From a virus (taxonomy: Duplodnaviria; Caudoviricetes), in IMG/VR virus record IMGVR_UViG_3300038499_000016, positions 1-64,000 of that record: a DNA stretch of 64,000 bases; one strand, written 5' to 3'. This document shows positions 18,570-29,115 of this stretch, in pieces. A program made the position numbers and the translations under genes. Under the pieces are notes generated by a model. The model ran no database searches. It saw only the letters and a list, made by a program, of their open reading frames with translations, and was not told the origin of the DNA. The stretch's first letter is position 1, and every line of letters begins with the position of its first letter.

Positions 18570-20296
18570 TATTCCGCCCTTTCCGCTACATTGTCAGGCA
18601 TATCTTCTTCTGCCGCCGTTTTAGGTCCTATGTCCTTAAGTCGTTCCTCAGGCTTCCCCTGGTACTTCTTTATCTTTGATAGGTCCTTGAGCCGTTCTAT
18701 GATGGTCTCAACGACCACAGGGTTATCATGAAGCTTATGAGCGAGATAGGCCAGGAGGTCGGGGTCATTTTTGGACATGAGGGCTTTACGCTTCTCTATA
18801 TCCGCCATGCCTGGTAGCGTCTTGGCAAGACCGGTAGCGACAAGACTACGGTCCCATTTCTTGAGCTCTGCAGGTATCACTACTTCTTTGGGTATATCTT
18901 CCTTAGGGGCCTCGGGAAGGTCTGCTATGAGCTCCTGAGCTTTCTTCCTGATTGAAGGAGACAGAGCTTTATTCTTTGACATCTCTACGAGCTTCTCGGC
19001 CACGTATCCTGTAGCAGTCGCAGGGAAACGATGCCCAAAATAGGATACTTCGCTAGGGTCCTTGAGCTTCTGAATTAAACTCTTACGTAGACGGTCACTT
19101 GTCGTATCCCACTCAGATTCTATTTCTTTAATGTTAGGTCGCCGTGCAATTCCCTTGAGCTCTGGTGGTATCTTAACTTTTTCTTCAGGAATTTCTTTCT
19201 TGACCCTTATCTTAGGTGTCTTGATAATTTTATCCCGTATCTCACGAGGTATCGTAGGAAGTTTGTAGCCCTTCACGATCGGGATGCATGCCATAACATG
19301 CTTACATACAAGACATCTACCAGCAGGATCTCTCACTTTAGGAGGGGCAAACTTAGGCTGGATAGGACCATAAACATAGGACTTCATGACTGCATTGTAC
19401 TGAGGACCCCAGAAGAGCCATGACGGGCAACTACAGCTTACTCTAACATGCAGGCGTCCAGCATCACGGACCGACCCTTCAGGAATAAACTGAAAAATGG
19501 TTGTATAGGCAGGACCACCAGAAGTAGTTCTAAATACCCATTTCCCTATAGATGGGTTAGATCCGCGGCCTGGAACAACCATCACACCCTTCTTATAATT
19601 CTGATATCCTTTTTCCTTCGAATAAATCTTGGCTTTATTTAAGTCATCCAGGGTCATGGCTACTCTCATATTATCATCCAGAATCAATTCTTCCGGATAC
19701 TCTTGCATGAGATATGAGGCCACTACTCGGGATGGGCTCAAATCATCAGGATCACACACATCCTGAAGCCAGGCCCTAATAACTCTTTTTGAAGAACGAA
19801 AAGGGGATTTGCCAGTCTCGGGTATCAAGACTTTATAAGGGAACTGCATGCGGTCTATCTTGTCCTCAGACATCTCAGGAGCATCAAAAGTATCCCAACT
19901 ACGATCATAGTAGTCCCTGAGAATGTCCATGCCTGCGCCTTCTCCAGGCCTATTCGTCTCATAAAAATCATCCGCCATGTCTCTGGGATAAGGCTCTTCC
20001 TGATGCTTGAGCATCTCAGAAGGCATCGAAAAATCCAAGAGATTCTCAGAACTCGCCGCTTGCTTTTGTTGCTTCAGCTTTTCCAAAAAGTCTCCGCTAT
20101 AATCAGGACGAAGCATCAAAGGCTGAGGCCCGTAATGTTTCTCACGAAGGGTTCTCTCAGGAGCATCCCAGATACCTGAACCTGCTTCCTCCCATTCCTC
20201 AGTAAGAGTGTTGGAAGGAAACAGGTTATGCATGTCGAAGTCGACGACATAGGACTCGACAATACGCTTAATTTGCTGTTTGTTTATTGAGCTCAT
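18548..20296 (-). CDS. SWIM-like zinc finger phage protein with acidic N-terminal region
   Basis: VSCSCPSWLFWG...CLVCKH. Confidence 0.7.
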   Translation of the reverse strand: MSSINKQQIKRIVESYVVDFDMHNLFPSNTLTEEWEEAGSGIWDAPERTLREKHYGPQPLMLRPDYSGDFLEKLKQQKQAASSENLLDFSMPSEMLKHQEEPYPRDMADDFYETNRPGEGAGMDILRDYYDRSWDTFDAPEMSEDKIDRMQFPYKVLIPETGKSPFRSSKRVIRAWLQDVCDPDDLSPSRVVASYLMQEYPEELILDDNMRVAMTLDDLNKAKIYSKEKGYQNYKKGVMVVPGRGSNPSIGKWVFRTTSGGPAYTTIFQFIPEGSVRDAGRLHVRVSCSCPSWLFWGPQYNAVMKSYVYGPIQPKFAPPKVRDPAGRCLVCKHVMACIPIVKGYKLPTIPREIRDKIIKTPKIRVKKEIPEEKVKIPPELKGIARRPNIKEIESEWDTTSDRLRKSLIQKLKDPSEVSYFGHRFPATATGYVAEKLVEMSKNKALSPSIRKKAQELIADLPEAPKEDIPKEVVIPAELKKWDRSLVATGLAKTLPGMADIEKRKALMSKNDPDLLAYLAHKLHDNPVVVETIIERLKDLSKIKKYQGKPEERLKDIGPKTAAEEDMPDNVAERAEYWLRRII

Positions 20297-21500
20297 CTAT
20301 CCTCGCCTTACAGGCACTCTGCACGGCTTTGATCGTGTCTACTCTCATGATGAATTGCAAGAAACCTTTATCCGTAAGAGATTTTATGAACTTCTCTTTC
20401 TTCACCCAATGCATATCCGCCCAGTCATCAGGCAACATCTTCAGATAACTATCTGAAGATACGGACTCCTGAGGCTTAACTTCCTCAGGTTTAACTTCCT
20501 CAGGCTTGGTCTCAGGCAACTTTTCCCCAATCTTCTTAACGACTACCACGCCTTGGTCCTCTATAGACTCACTAACGGACCCTGCCTGACCAATCTTCTT
20601 CACGACTATGGCACCCTGATCACCAGAAAGGTCTGCTACAGAACTTCCCCCTGATGATACCGAGGCTTTAGTGTTGATATCAACATTCGCTGAATCAGTA
20701 CTTTTCGTTGTAACGGAGATACCTTCAGGACTCTCAACCTTCATGGATCCCCTCACCATCTTCTTCACCACAACAGCATCTTGGGACTCTTCCGAGCTTA
20801 TAACCTTCTGTGCCCTTTTCACCTCTGCCAGAGTTACATCCTCAGGAATTGCTGAAGTAAAAGCATCAACTGTGAAAGACTTCCTGGGAACAGAAACCTT
20901 CTTCTTTTTCGTGCTGATATTCATTGTATGTGATGCACCGTAGTCCTCTGACTGGCGTACATCTGAGGAATGTACTCTGGCCTTCGGAGCAACCGCCGTT
21001 GAACTATTGACCATTATCGATCTAACCTCTGCCTGATCCGGAGCTATTTCAAGCTTTTCTCCACCAAACTTTCTAACCGTACGATCTTCTTCCTTAATAA
21101 CTCCGGAAGTCTTCCTTTCAGACTTCGCCGGCTGGGCATCATTCATCTTTCCCACATACTCATCGAAATTGCCGCCAAGGAATGGGTCATATGTAGTTTC
21201 CTTAACTTTAGCACTCTGCTGCTGAATGATATCGAGTATTGTAGGCTCGGAAATAGGATCCCCATTACTTCCCTTTTTCTCCAACCATCCATTATTTATA
21301 GCGGCCTTCAGACTGAAAGTCTTTCCCTTGTACTCTTTACCCTTCTTATCTAAATAAACCGCAAACTCCCCGTCATATTTGACGATATCATCCTTAAAAA
21401 TCTTGACCGAGGGACTCTTGTCCTCAAAATTCAATGAGAACGAAATCTTAGACACGTACTCTTGCATTGTTCCATGCACGAAAGTCATCTCCTCTACCAT
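20268..21500 (-). CDS. hypothetical protein with low-complexity repeats
   Basis: ATG 21500 with AGGAGG RBS; repeats DQGxxVVKKIG and KPEEV. Confidence 0.75.
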   Translation of the reverse strand: MVEEMTFVHGTMQEYVSKISFSLNFEDKSPSVKIFKDDIVKYDGEFAVYLDKKGKEYKGKTFSLKAAINNGWLEKKGSNGDPISEPTILDIIQQQSAKVKETTYDPFLGGNFDEYVGKMNDAQPAKSERKTSGVIKEEDRTVRKFGGEKLEIAPDQAEVRSIMVNSSTAVAPKARVHSSDVRQSEDYGASHTMNISTKKKKVSVPRKSFTVDAFTSAIPEDVTLAEVKRAQKVISSEESQDAVVVKKMVRGSMKVESPEGISVTTKSTDSANVDINTKASVSSGGSSVADLSGDQGAIVVKKIGQAGSVSESIEDQGVVVVKKIGEKLPETKPEEVKPEEVKPQESVSSDSYLKMLPDDWADMHWVKKEKFIKSLTDKGFLQFIMRVDTIKAVQSACKARIDELNKQTAN

Positions 21501-21566
21501 AACCCGCCTCCTATTTGATATGGGATGTGATTTTGCACAAAACGGTCCCAAAACAATGAAAATAGT

Positions 21567-21579
21567 ATTAGGAGATTAT
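21567..21579 (-). promoter_or_regulatory. phage promoter-like motif ATAATCTCCTAAT (leftward member of a divergent pair)
   Basis: motif copy upstream of the 21500 start. Confidence 0.7.
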
Positions 21580-21597
21580 CGGACACCCCAGATTTTA

Positions 21598-21610
21598 ATA
21601 ATCTACTAAT
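21598..21610 (+). promoter_or_regulatory. phage promoter-like motif ATAATCTACTAAT (rightward member of a divergent pair)
   Basis: motif copy upstream of the + glycan operon starting at 21631. Confidence 0.7.
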
Positions 21611-21630
21611 ATCTAGTATATATTAATAAC

Positions 21631-21912
21631 ATGTCCAAAAGATATCAGAAAAAACGCCTTATTTGTTTGTCTGATAGGCAGGAAGCAGTTTTATCTGACC
21701 TATCCGAAGAGCTCGGCATTTCCATGTCGGAGCTCATAAGACGCGGGCTGGATACCTACGTAGAGGGACTCATAAAAGACGGGACTCTTGTCCGTTTTAC
21801 CTTTTCTACAGCGGATAAATCCATTGATCTGGTGTGTTCCAAGGACAAATTTAAGCAATTGTACGAGTATGTGAAACAACATCCCGAGACAATACAGGTC
21901 GCCCAAAAATGA
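21631..21912 (+). CDS. ribbon-helix-helix (CopG-like) DNA-binding protein
   Basis: RLICLSDRQEAVLSDLSEELGISMSELIRRGL. Confidence 0.75.
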   Translation: MSKRYQKKRLICLSDRQEAVLSDLSEELGISMSELIRRGLDTYVEGLIKDGTLVRFTFSTADKSIDLVCSKDKFKQLYEYVKQHPETIQVAQK

Positions 21913-22580
21913 AGCTTTCAGTAATTACGCCCACATGCCGTGGTGTCAAAAACCTGACCCAGCTTTTACGGGACTTCAAAAATCAGACCTTCAAAGACTT
22001 CGAACACATCATAGTGCACGACGGAAAAGTCCCACCTGATGTCCAGGCCTTCATGAAAGACCATGAGAACGACTATGACATCAAGTTCGTGTCTATCCCT
22101 AAAGACATGGGCAATACCAGTATCGCCCCGGGTACTAAGCCAAGAAACCACGGATTATCTCTGGCCCGCGGTGAATATGTAGTATTCTGCGATGACGACG
22201 ATAGGTATAAAGATGTGTACGCCGAAATTCTTGTCACGGGTTGTCGGGACAACATCATCAATGTCGTCCAGATGTCTGCTTCAGAGCACCGTATCAATGG
22301 TGGCAACCCCAGACATATCAAACTCATCCCAGAGGTAGGATTACCGACCTTCCCTATGATCTGTCACGTAGGAACACCCTGCTTCATCGTGAAGCGAGAA
22401 TGGGCCCTTATCGAGCCTTGGCGTGAAGAGCCTGAACACGACTTTCATTTCATCAAACGTATCTGTGACCGATTCAATCTCCTCATAAGAATCGTACCAG
22501 GCATGCTTGTCGACGTGGATGGAGAAGTCACCGTCGGAATGAAAGACTGGGTGTCAATTCCTCCTTTCTATCGGGACTAA
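21909..22580 (+). CDS. glycosyltransferase family 2
   Basis: SVITPT, IIVHDG, RNHGL, FCDDDD. Confidence 0.9.
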   Translation: MKLSVITPTCRGVKNLTQLLRDFKNQTFKDFEHIIVHDGKVPPDVQAFMKDHENDYDIKFVSIPKDMGNTSIAPGTKPRNHGLSLARGEYVVFCDDDDRYKDVYAEILVTGCRDNIINVVQMSASEHRINGGNPRHIKLIPEVGLPTFPMICHVGTPCFIVKREWALIEPWREEPEHDFHFIKRICDRFNLLIRIVPGMLVDVDGEVTVGMKDWVSIPPFYRD

Positions 22581-22583
22581 AAA

Positions 22584-23804
22584 ATGGCGGATCAAGAAAA
22601 ACCCCCAAAAGGGGAAGTCGATAATTGCAGACATCGCCTATTGAAGTATTGCAGGGGTCAAGGACTCGACCTGGGTATGGGCGTGACCAAGATCAAGCCC
22701 GATGCCATTGGCATCGACCTGTATAGCCCCTATGCTGATATGCACGAGGATGCCAGAATCCTGAAAAACTATCCCGATGACTATTTCGATTTCGTGTTCT
22801 CAAGTCATCTTCTCGAAGAGCTTCAAAATACCGAAGCCACTCTCAGAGAATGGATCCGAGTCCTGAAACCGGGCGGCAATCTAGTCCTCTATCAGGCCGA
22901 CAAAGACGTTTATTATCCTCTTGGCCATCCTCAGTGTAATAAAAGACACATTCACCATTTCGGATGGGAAGACCTATGGAGTATTTTCCAGTCGATCGGA
23001 GGCATGAGTCTCGTTCATCACGACAAGTTTAACCTGCATCCCTATAACGAATGGTCTTTTGAACTGGTAGTACGAAAAGGCACCTTATCAGAACCGGAGA
23101 TACCTATGGAAGGCATATCCCTACTCATTCCAACCCTGAACAGACCTAAGAATCTAGAAGATTTCACAATGTCCGTTGAACAAACGGCCAAAGTGCACGA
23201 TCAGATAGAGATCCTCTATGGAATACATGCGGACGATATCGTCAGTAAGACCAAGATTGAAGAACTCAAGGGAAGAGTAAAGATAAGTGTCCGGGCAGAA
23301 ATCATTGACCGACATCCTGATGGAGTACACCTATCCTTCCTTTGGAATCAGATCTATCCCCGAGCTAAATTTCCCATACTCGGATACTTTGGTGATGATG
23401 TTATTTTTCGTACCCCAGGATGGGATGAAGAAGTCCGAAAAGAGTTCGCGGCGGACAAACGACTTCTAGTCTGCTGCAATGACTGTTATCAGCACGGATC
23501 CCAAGCAACCTTGTACTTCACACACAAAATTGTACACGATGCCTTTGGATTCTATTTACCCATGAAGTTCAGACGATGGTTCATGGATACCTTCCTTGAT
23601 CGAGTATTCCGACATTCAGGTAAATTTCGATATCGAGAAGATATTGTCACTGAACACATGCATCCTGAGCGCTTCCCGGAACGTACCGATGATGTCTACC
23701 GAGCCATGAATCATCACAAACAGGCAGATCAGGCTCTTTGGGAATCACCAGAAAACATCAAAGACATTGAGAAATACATCCAAATCTTAAAGGCCATCCC
23801 GTGA
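22584..23804 (+). CDS. SAM methyltransferase + GT2-like fusion
   Basis: GLDLGMG...FSSHLLE..WIRVLKPGG, then SLLIPT..GDDVIFRT..WD. Confidence 0.85.
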   Translation: MADQEKPPKGEVDNCRHRLLKYCRGQGLDLGMGVTKIKPDAIGIDLYSPYADMHEDARILKNYPDDYFDFVFSSHLLEELQNTEATLREWIRVLKPGGNLVLYQADKDVYYPLGHPQCNKRHIHHFGWEDLWSIFQSIGGMSLVHHDKFNLHPYNEWSFELVVRKGTLSEPEIPMEGISLLIPTLNRPKNLEDFTMSVEQTAKVHDQIEILYGIHADDIVSKTKIEELKGRVKISVRAEIIDRHPDGVHLSFLWNQIYPRAKFPILGYFGDDVIFRTPGWDEEVRKEFAADKRLLVCCNDCYQHGSQATLYFTHKIVHDAFGFYLPMKFRRWFMDTFLDRVFRHSGKFRYREDIVTEHMHPERFPERTDDVYRAMNHHKQADQALWESPENIKDIEKYIQILKAIP

Positions 23805-25582
23805 AAAACCTCTGTACCCTTTCTGACTGGAATTATCTGCCAAAAGGCTTGGCCCTGTATAAGTCTTTGGTCAGTACTTCCACAGAGTCCTTCAAGCTCT
23901 ATTATCTATGCTTGGACGAGACTTCCTATAAAAAACTCATAAGACTACGTCTACCAAATATCCTACCCATCAGTCTTCAAACCATTGAACGACAGAATGA
24001 AGAACTCGGAACGGCCCGAGCAAACCGTCCCTATAACGAATACTGCTGGACTCTTGCCTCGTACTTTTGTGATTGGCTATTAAGCAAAGAAGATCTGGAA
24101 CATGTCTGCTACATTGATTCAGACATACTGTTCTACGCTGACATAGACATCCTCTACAAGGAGATAGGACCCAAAGACGTAGGTATCGTAGCCCACCGCC
24201 ACAATGCCGTAGGTGACCGGGATGGAGCCTACAACGTGGGTGTCATCTACTTCAGAGGCAGCAAAATAGGCCGTGAGTGTCTGTACTGGTGGAAAGATGC
24301 GGTACTGCTTAAAAAACATCCTGAGTACTATGGATGTGGAGATCAGAAGTACCTTGAAGGATTCATACCGAGATATGGGATAGATAACATCTGTGTCATG
24401 GACGAGACCTTTGGTCACGGAGCCCCTTGGAACTATAGACTCTATGACTGGAGCACCTACGATCAAGATCATTGCATAACCTGGAATGGTAAGAAGCAAT
24501 CTCTTGTATTCAATCACTTCTCAAGAATGTCCTATGACCTTTCCACCAATACCGTCAACTTCACATCAGGGCAGTATGCAGATCATACATTGAACTTCAC
24601 GGTCTTCAACATACCTCAAGTTCAGAAACTGTATCAAAACTACTACCTGGAGCTCAAGACCATCCATGAGACTTGGATGGTCAACGGCAAGCACATCAAG
24701 CCACTCAAGATTGCCGTAGGCATGATAGTCTTTGAAGGTGAATACATCCTCAAGCAATGCCTTGAATGCATTTACCCCTATGCATCCCAGATACTAATTG
24801 CCGAAGGTCCTGTCCGTTTCTGGCAACAAGAAGGTCGTACAACATCAACCGATGGGACCAATGATATTCTTCATTCATTCCCGGATCCCGATAACAAAAT
24901 CACTATTACTCACGGACAGTACACGGAGAAGGATGACCAGTGCCGGGCCTACATGCGTTTTCTTAGACAGGATATGGACTACATATGGAACGTTGATTCT
25001 GACGAATTATTCAGAGCAGAAGACATTGAAAAAATCATTCAACTCCTGACTGATTACCAGTATACCTCAGTAGGGCTCAAGAGCTGCAGCTTCTATGGGG
25101 GGTTCGAGAGACACATAGGCGGCTTTGAAGAGGCCTGCGATCAATTCCTACGCATCTTCAAGGTCTATCCAGGGTCCACTTGGAAGACCCATCGTCCTCC
25201 AACCATCATACATCCTGATGACGTAAAGACCTTGCCCAACAACCATCTTGATAGCGATACCCTTTGGGAAAAACATGGGGTCAGGATGATGCACTATTCC
25301 TATCTCTTCCCAAAACAGGTCAAGAACAAGATTCATTACTACAAAAATGCTCTACAGGGCAGCAAATGTATTGATAACTACTATGAGCAGGTTTATTTAC
25401 CTTGGGTATTAGGGGACTCCGGAACCCGATATGCCATAGAACAGCGATTTCAGGGCGTTCATGAATATAAACCAGAGTTCAGGACTCCTACATTTACCAA
25501 AGAGTTTGTAGGTCACCATCCAGAGTCTATTCAAAGGGATCTTGAGAAACTACAAGTCTATTTCAACGAGCAACTCAAATGA
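23801..25582 (+). CDS. tandem GT-A domain glycosyltransferase
   Basis: YIDSD..YNVG..GDQKYL domain plus a second domain with VDSDE. Confidence 0.8.
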   Translation: MKNLCTLSDWNYLPKGLALYKSLVSTSTESFKLYYLCLDETSYKKLIRLRLPNILPISLQTIERQNEELGTARANRPYNEYCWTLASYFCDWLLSKEDLEHVCYIDSDILFYADIDILYKEIGPKDVGIVAHRHNAVGDRDGAYNVGVIYFRGSKIGRECLYWWKDAVLLKKHPEYYGCGDQKYLEGFIPRYGIDNICVMDETFGHGAPWNYRLYDWSTYDQDHCITWNGKKQSLVFNHFSRMSYDLSTNTVNFTSGQYADHTLNFTVFNIPQVQKLYQNYYLELKTIHETWMVNGKHIKPLKIAVGMIVFEGEYILKQCLECIYPYASQILIAEGPVRFWQQEGRTTSTDGTNDILHSFPDPDNKITITHGQYTEKDDQCRAYMRFLRQDMDYIWNVDSDELFRAEDIEKIIQLLTDYQYTSVGLKSCSFYGGFERHIGGFEEACDQFLRIFKVYPGSTWKTHRPPTIIHPDDVKTLPNNHLDSDTLWEKHGVRMMHYSYLFPKQVKNKIHYYKNALQGSKCIDNYYEQVYLPWVLGDSGTRYAIEQRFQGVHEYKPEFRTPTFTKEFVGHHPESIQRDLEKLQVYFNEQLK

Positions 25583-26544
25583 TCCAATTGTTCAACATAC
25601 CCAACTACACAATCGATACGTCAGAGTTTAATAATCTCTTACACGATAAGGTCGTTAAGGAATTCGAACAGCGTTTCTGTGAGTATGTTGGAGCCAAATA
25701 CGGATGCTCGATCAACAGTGCCACCAATGCCATATTCCTAAGTCTGAAACTGGAACAGGCAAGCATCATTTCCATACCCAGCATTATCCCTCCCGTCGTC
25801 ATCAATGCTGCTCACCATGCTGGATGTTTCGTTAAACTGACCGATAACGTCGAATGGGTAGGCTACAGTTACATTCTGTATGAAGATCAGAACGAAAGAA
25901 TTATCGATTCTGCACAACGGGTAGACCGCAATCAATACATTCAAGATGCGAATGACGATGACTTGATGATTTTCAGTTTCTATCCTACCAAGCCTGTTGG
26001 CAGCTGTGATGGAGGGATGGTCGTATCAAATAATGGGGATATGATCAACTGGATAAGGAAAGCCACGATAAACGGCACAAGTTGTTCCGAGAACAGCTGG
26101 AATCGATCCCCTCTATTCCCTGGATGGAAGATGTATATGAACTCCATTCAGGCATGGATAGCCCTTAGGAATCTAGAGAAGCTTGATGCCAAGAAGATTA
26201 GACTCAAAGAAATTCGTGATGCCTATAACGACGCTTTAGGATACAAAAACATAAGTGATCATCTCTATCGGATACAGACTAAAAACAACGAAAAATTCAT
26301 AGAAGAAATGAAGAACAGAGGCATCACATGTGGCCGGCATTATGAAGCCACTCATAGAATGCCTGTGTACAACCCGGATAACAGATTCTATTGTCCGCAG
26401 GCGGATTTCACATCTCAAACGACCGTATCAATACCTTTTCACGAAGCTCTGACAGACGAAGATGTTCAGACCGTCATAAAGAACGTGAGGGACCTCCATG
26501 AGCCATGCAGATTCTTGGAAAAATGGACAGCATGTCTTCGATAA
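25579..26544 (+). CDS. DegT/DnrJ family sugar aminotransferase
   Basis: NSATNA, IDSAQ, SFYPTK, DGGM. Confidence 0.9.
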   Translation: MIQLFNIPNYTIDTSEFNNLLHDKVVKEFEQRFCEYVGAKYGCSINSATNAIFLSLKLEQASIISIPSIIPPVVINAAHHAGCFVKLTDNVEWVGYSYILYEDQNERIIDSAQRVDRNQYIQDANDDDLMIFSFYPTKPVGSCDGGMVVSNNGDMINWIRKATINGTSCSENSWNRSPLFPGWKMYMNSIQAWIALRNLEKLDAKKIRLKEIRDAYNDALGYKNISDHLYRIQTKNNEKFIEEMKNRGITCGRHYEATHRMPVYNPDNRFYCPQADFTSQTTVSIPFHEALTDEDVQTVIKNVRDLHEPCRFLEKWTACLR

Positions 26545-27100
26545 GCAGCTTGATCTCAATCTTGAATATTTCAAAACCAATGAGTATCCTTCCCACTGGA
26601 AGACCTTCATCGAACTCATGTCTGCTGCCTGTCGACTAATGCCCAATATCAAAAAGATGCTCGATATAGGATGTGGGTGTGGAGCCTACTTTGAGCTCTG
26701 TCGAAGGGTATTCCCTACCATAGAGTACTCCGGATATGACTACTCTTCACGTGCCATCGCACTGGCAAAGAACTATTGGGGATGTGAGAGATTTTATGAA
26801 AAGGACTTCTGGAAACTACAACAGGCAGATATAGAGGGCTTTGATATTATTAACATCGATGCGTTGTTCGCAATCATGAACAATGCAGATGAAGCCATTG
26901 CCTATTTGATGTCCCTAAAGCCTAAGGTGATCATCTTAAACCGCATAGACGTGCATAGTGGCGATAGCAATTACGACGTCTACAAGGCCTACGATGAAAT
27001 ATACACCTACCAATTTTGGCATAACCAAAACAAATTCTTTGCAATGCTCAAAGGATACAATGTCCGCCAAGCAGGAAAAACATATCTCATATGGCTGTGA
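26498..27100 (+). CDS. class I SAM methyltransferase
   Basis: LDIGCGCG. Confidence 0.85.
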   Translation: MSHADSWKNGQHVFDKQLDLNLEYFKTNEYPSHWKTFIELMSAACRLMPNIKKMLDIGCGCGAYFELCRRVFPTIEYSGYDYSSRAIALAKNYWGCERFYEKDFWKLQQADIEGFDIINIDALFAIMNNADEAIAYLMSLKPKVIILNRIDVHSGDSNYDVYKAYDEIYTYQFWHNQNKFFAMLKGYNVRQAGKTYLIWL

Positions 27101-27675
27101 ATGGACATACTTTTAACGAGTCGGCTATCACGTCCGACAGCATAGTTCTCGACATAGGCGGGAACCACGGTGACTTCTCCCGAGAAGTCCTGGAAAGGTT
27201 CAAGTGCTATGTAGAGTGCTTTGAACCGGATCAAGATGGCTGTAGCCATATCCGTCAGATGATCAACGACCCCAAGTTCACACTGATAAATAAAGCTGTC
27301 GCTGGCATCTCTGGTAGACGATCCTTCTACCGAGTAGGACCAATCAATGGCGGGAACAGCCTACTTCCCGGATCCCGGGAATATGGTAAAGACCCCGGGA
27401 ACACAATCTTTGACGTAGACGTTGTAAGCTTAGATTCCATCCTGGATAAATATCAAACGGTAGACCTGATAAAGATGGATTGTGAGGGAGCGGAGATAGA
27501 AATCATAGAAAAGACTCAGCAGTGGTCAAAAGTCAAACAGATCACCATAGAGTTTCATGACTTCTGTTTCAAAAGCATAACGCTTAAAGACGTCGAGCGA
27601 TGTGAAGATATCCTCAAATCCTATGGATTCAATTCCCAATATCAGAAGCACGAAGACCATCTATTCTACAGGTGA
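27091..27675 (+). CDS. FkbM family methyltransferase
   Basis: DIGGNHG, FEP, KMDCEGAE, EFH. Confidence 0.9.
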   Translation: MAVNGHTFNESAITSDSIVLDIGGNHGDFSREVLERFKCYVECFEPDQDGCSHIRQMINDPKFTLINKAVAGISGRRSFYRVGPINGGNSLLPGSREYGKDPGNTIFDVDVVSLDSILDKYQTVDLIKMDCEGAEIEIIEKTQQWSKVKQITIEFHDFCFKSITLKDVERCEDILKSYGFNSQYQKHEDHLFYR

Positions 27676-28316
27676 TCATGTTTAAAAAAGATCTTGATTT
27701 GGTTATGTCCTTACACGGCAAATACAGCTTCAAGTCTCCACTATTGGATGCTGGAGGACTCAATAATCCCACCATTGCCGATTATGAAATTTCGGCAAAA
27801 AAGGCCGTCGAGATTACAGTCACCGATAGTGAAGGAACCAGAGTCATAAAGGTTCCTCATAGCAACCAATCGGACAGATATCTGAAAATAAGCCGGCCTT
27901 GGTCCTTTATTGATCACAACTATACTACCCTTAATCCTCAGGATGGAGACCCCTATATAGAAGATCTCCCTGAAAAATATCCGGAAGCATTTTCCACCAT
28001 CATTATGGTATCTGTTTTTGAACACGTGAATAATCCGTATGAAGTATCGGATGCCATATTCAAAATTCTAAAGCCTGGCGGATACTTCTTCAACTCTACC
28101 CCATTTCTATTTCCCTATCATCCTTCTCCCGAAGATAACTTCCGTTTCTCTCCATTGGCCTTAAGAAGGATCCACGAAAAAAGCGGATTTCACTGGCTGG
28201 AAGGAGACTTCCACATAAATCATTCAACAAAAGAAGGTATCGGAGACACTAATCCTGCCAATTACGGAGCACCTCAGGCTATAATGGCCTCCTACGCGCT
28301 ATGTAAAAAAGATTGA
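27672..28316 (+). CDS. SAM methyltransferase-like protein
   Basis: SVFEHV..LKPGG..TPFLFPYHPSPEDNFRF. Confidence 0.8.
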   Translation: MIMFKKDLDLVMSLHGKYSFKSPLLDAGGLNNPTIADYEISAKKAVEITVTDSEGTRVIKVPHSNQSDRYLKISRPWSFIDHNYTTLNPQDGDPYIEDLPEKYPEAFSTIIMVSVFEHVNNPYEVSDAIFKILKPGGYFFNSTPFLFPYHPSPEDNFRFSPLALRRIHEKSGFHWLEGDFHINHSTKEGIGDTNPANYGAPQAIMASYALCKKD

Positions 28317-28323
28317 GGAAAAA

Positions 28324-29115
28324 ATGGCAATACCTGTTGTTTTCATTCACAGAGGCGACCAAGACTATTTCAAGGCGGTTGTGAAACAAACAAGATCCAA
28401 AAACCGGACCATAGTTATAGGAAGCAACAAGGTATCGGACGAATACTTTATCCCTATAGAAGACTATAACACAGAAGCTCGTAAGTTCGAACAAATCTAC
28501 GAGCACCTGAGCACGAATCCTCATACAGCAGAGCTCTTATGCTTTACCAGATGGTTTACCCTCTTAGACTTCATGAAAAAAGAAGCCCTTCCTGTATGCC
28601 TCTATCTTGATTCAGATGTACTATTCTTTGGAGACGCTTCCCAAGAATTCAAAAAGTTTGACCAATTTGATTTCACACTAAGTCACAGATGCTGCGGCAG
28701 CAACTCCTTCTTCACCCTAAAAGGTCTAGAAGGATTCTGTGACTTCCTAATGGCCTTCTATCAAAACAGAACATCCTACGACTACGAACGAGTAGCCGCC
28801 CACTATCACATACGAAATAAACATGGACTCGGAGGCGGGGTATGCGACATGACCCTGCTTGAATTCTACGCTTACAAAATCTGCCCGGGAAAAGTCGGAG
28901 AGATGATGTATATCGTAGACGGGTCAACTTATGATCACAACATCAATACCTCGGATCAGTATTATGAAATGGACCCGTATAAGGGCATCAAAAATATTCA
29001 ATGGATAGACGGTCTCCCCCATTGCAAACAGCTATCCAGCGATAAACTTATTCGGTTCAATACCCTACACTTTCAAGGGCAAGCAAAGCAGTACATAACA
29101 GGATACGCTCGATGA
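28324..29115 (+). CDS. GT-A-like glycosyltransferase
   Basis: CFTRWF, YLDSDVL, DMT, LHFQG. Confidence 0.7.
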   Translation: MAIPVVFIHRGDQDYFKAVVKQTRSKNRTIVIGSNKVSDEYFIPIEDYNTEARKFEQIYEHLSTNPHTAELLCFTRWFTLLDFMKKEALPVCLYLDSDVLFFGDASQEFKKFDQFDFTLSHRCCGSNSFFTLKGLEGFCDFLMAFYQNRTSYDYERVAAHYHIRNKHGLGGGVCDMTLLEFYAYKICPGKVGEMMYIVDGSTYDHNINTSDQYYEMDPYKGIKNIQWIDGLPHCKQLSSDKLIRFNTLHFQGQAKQYITGYAR

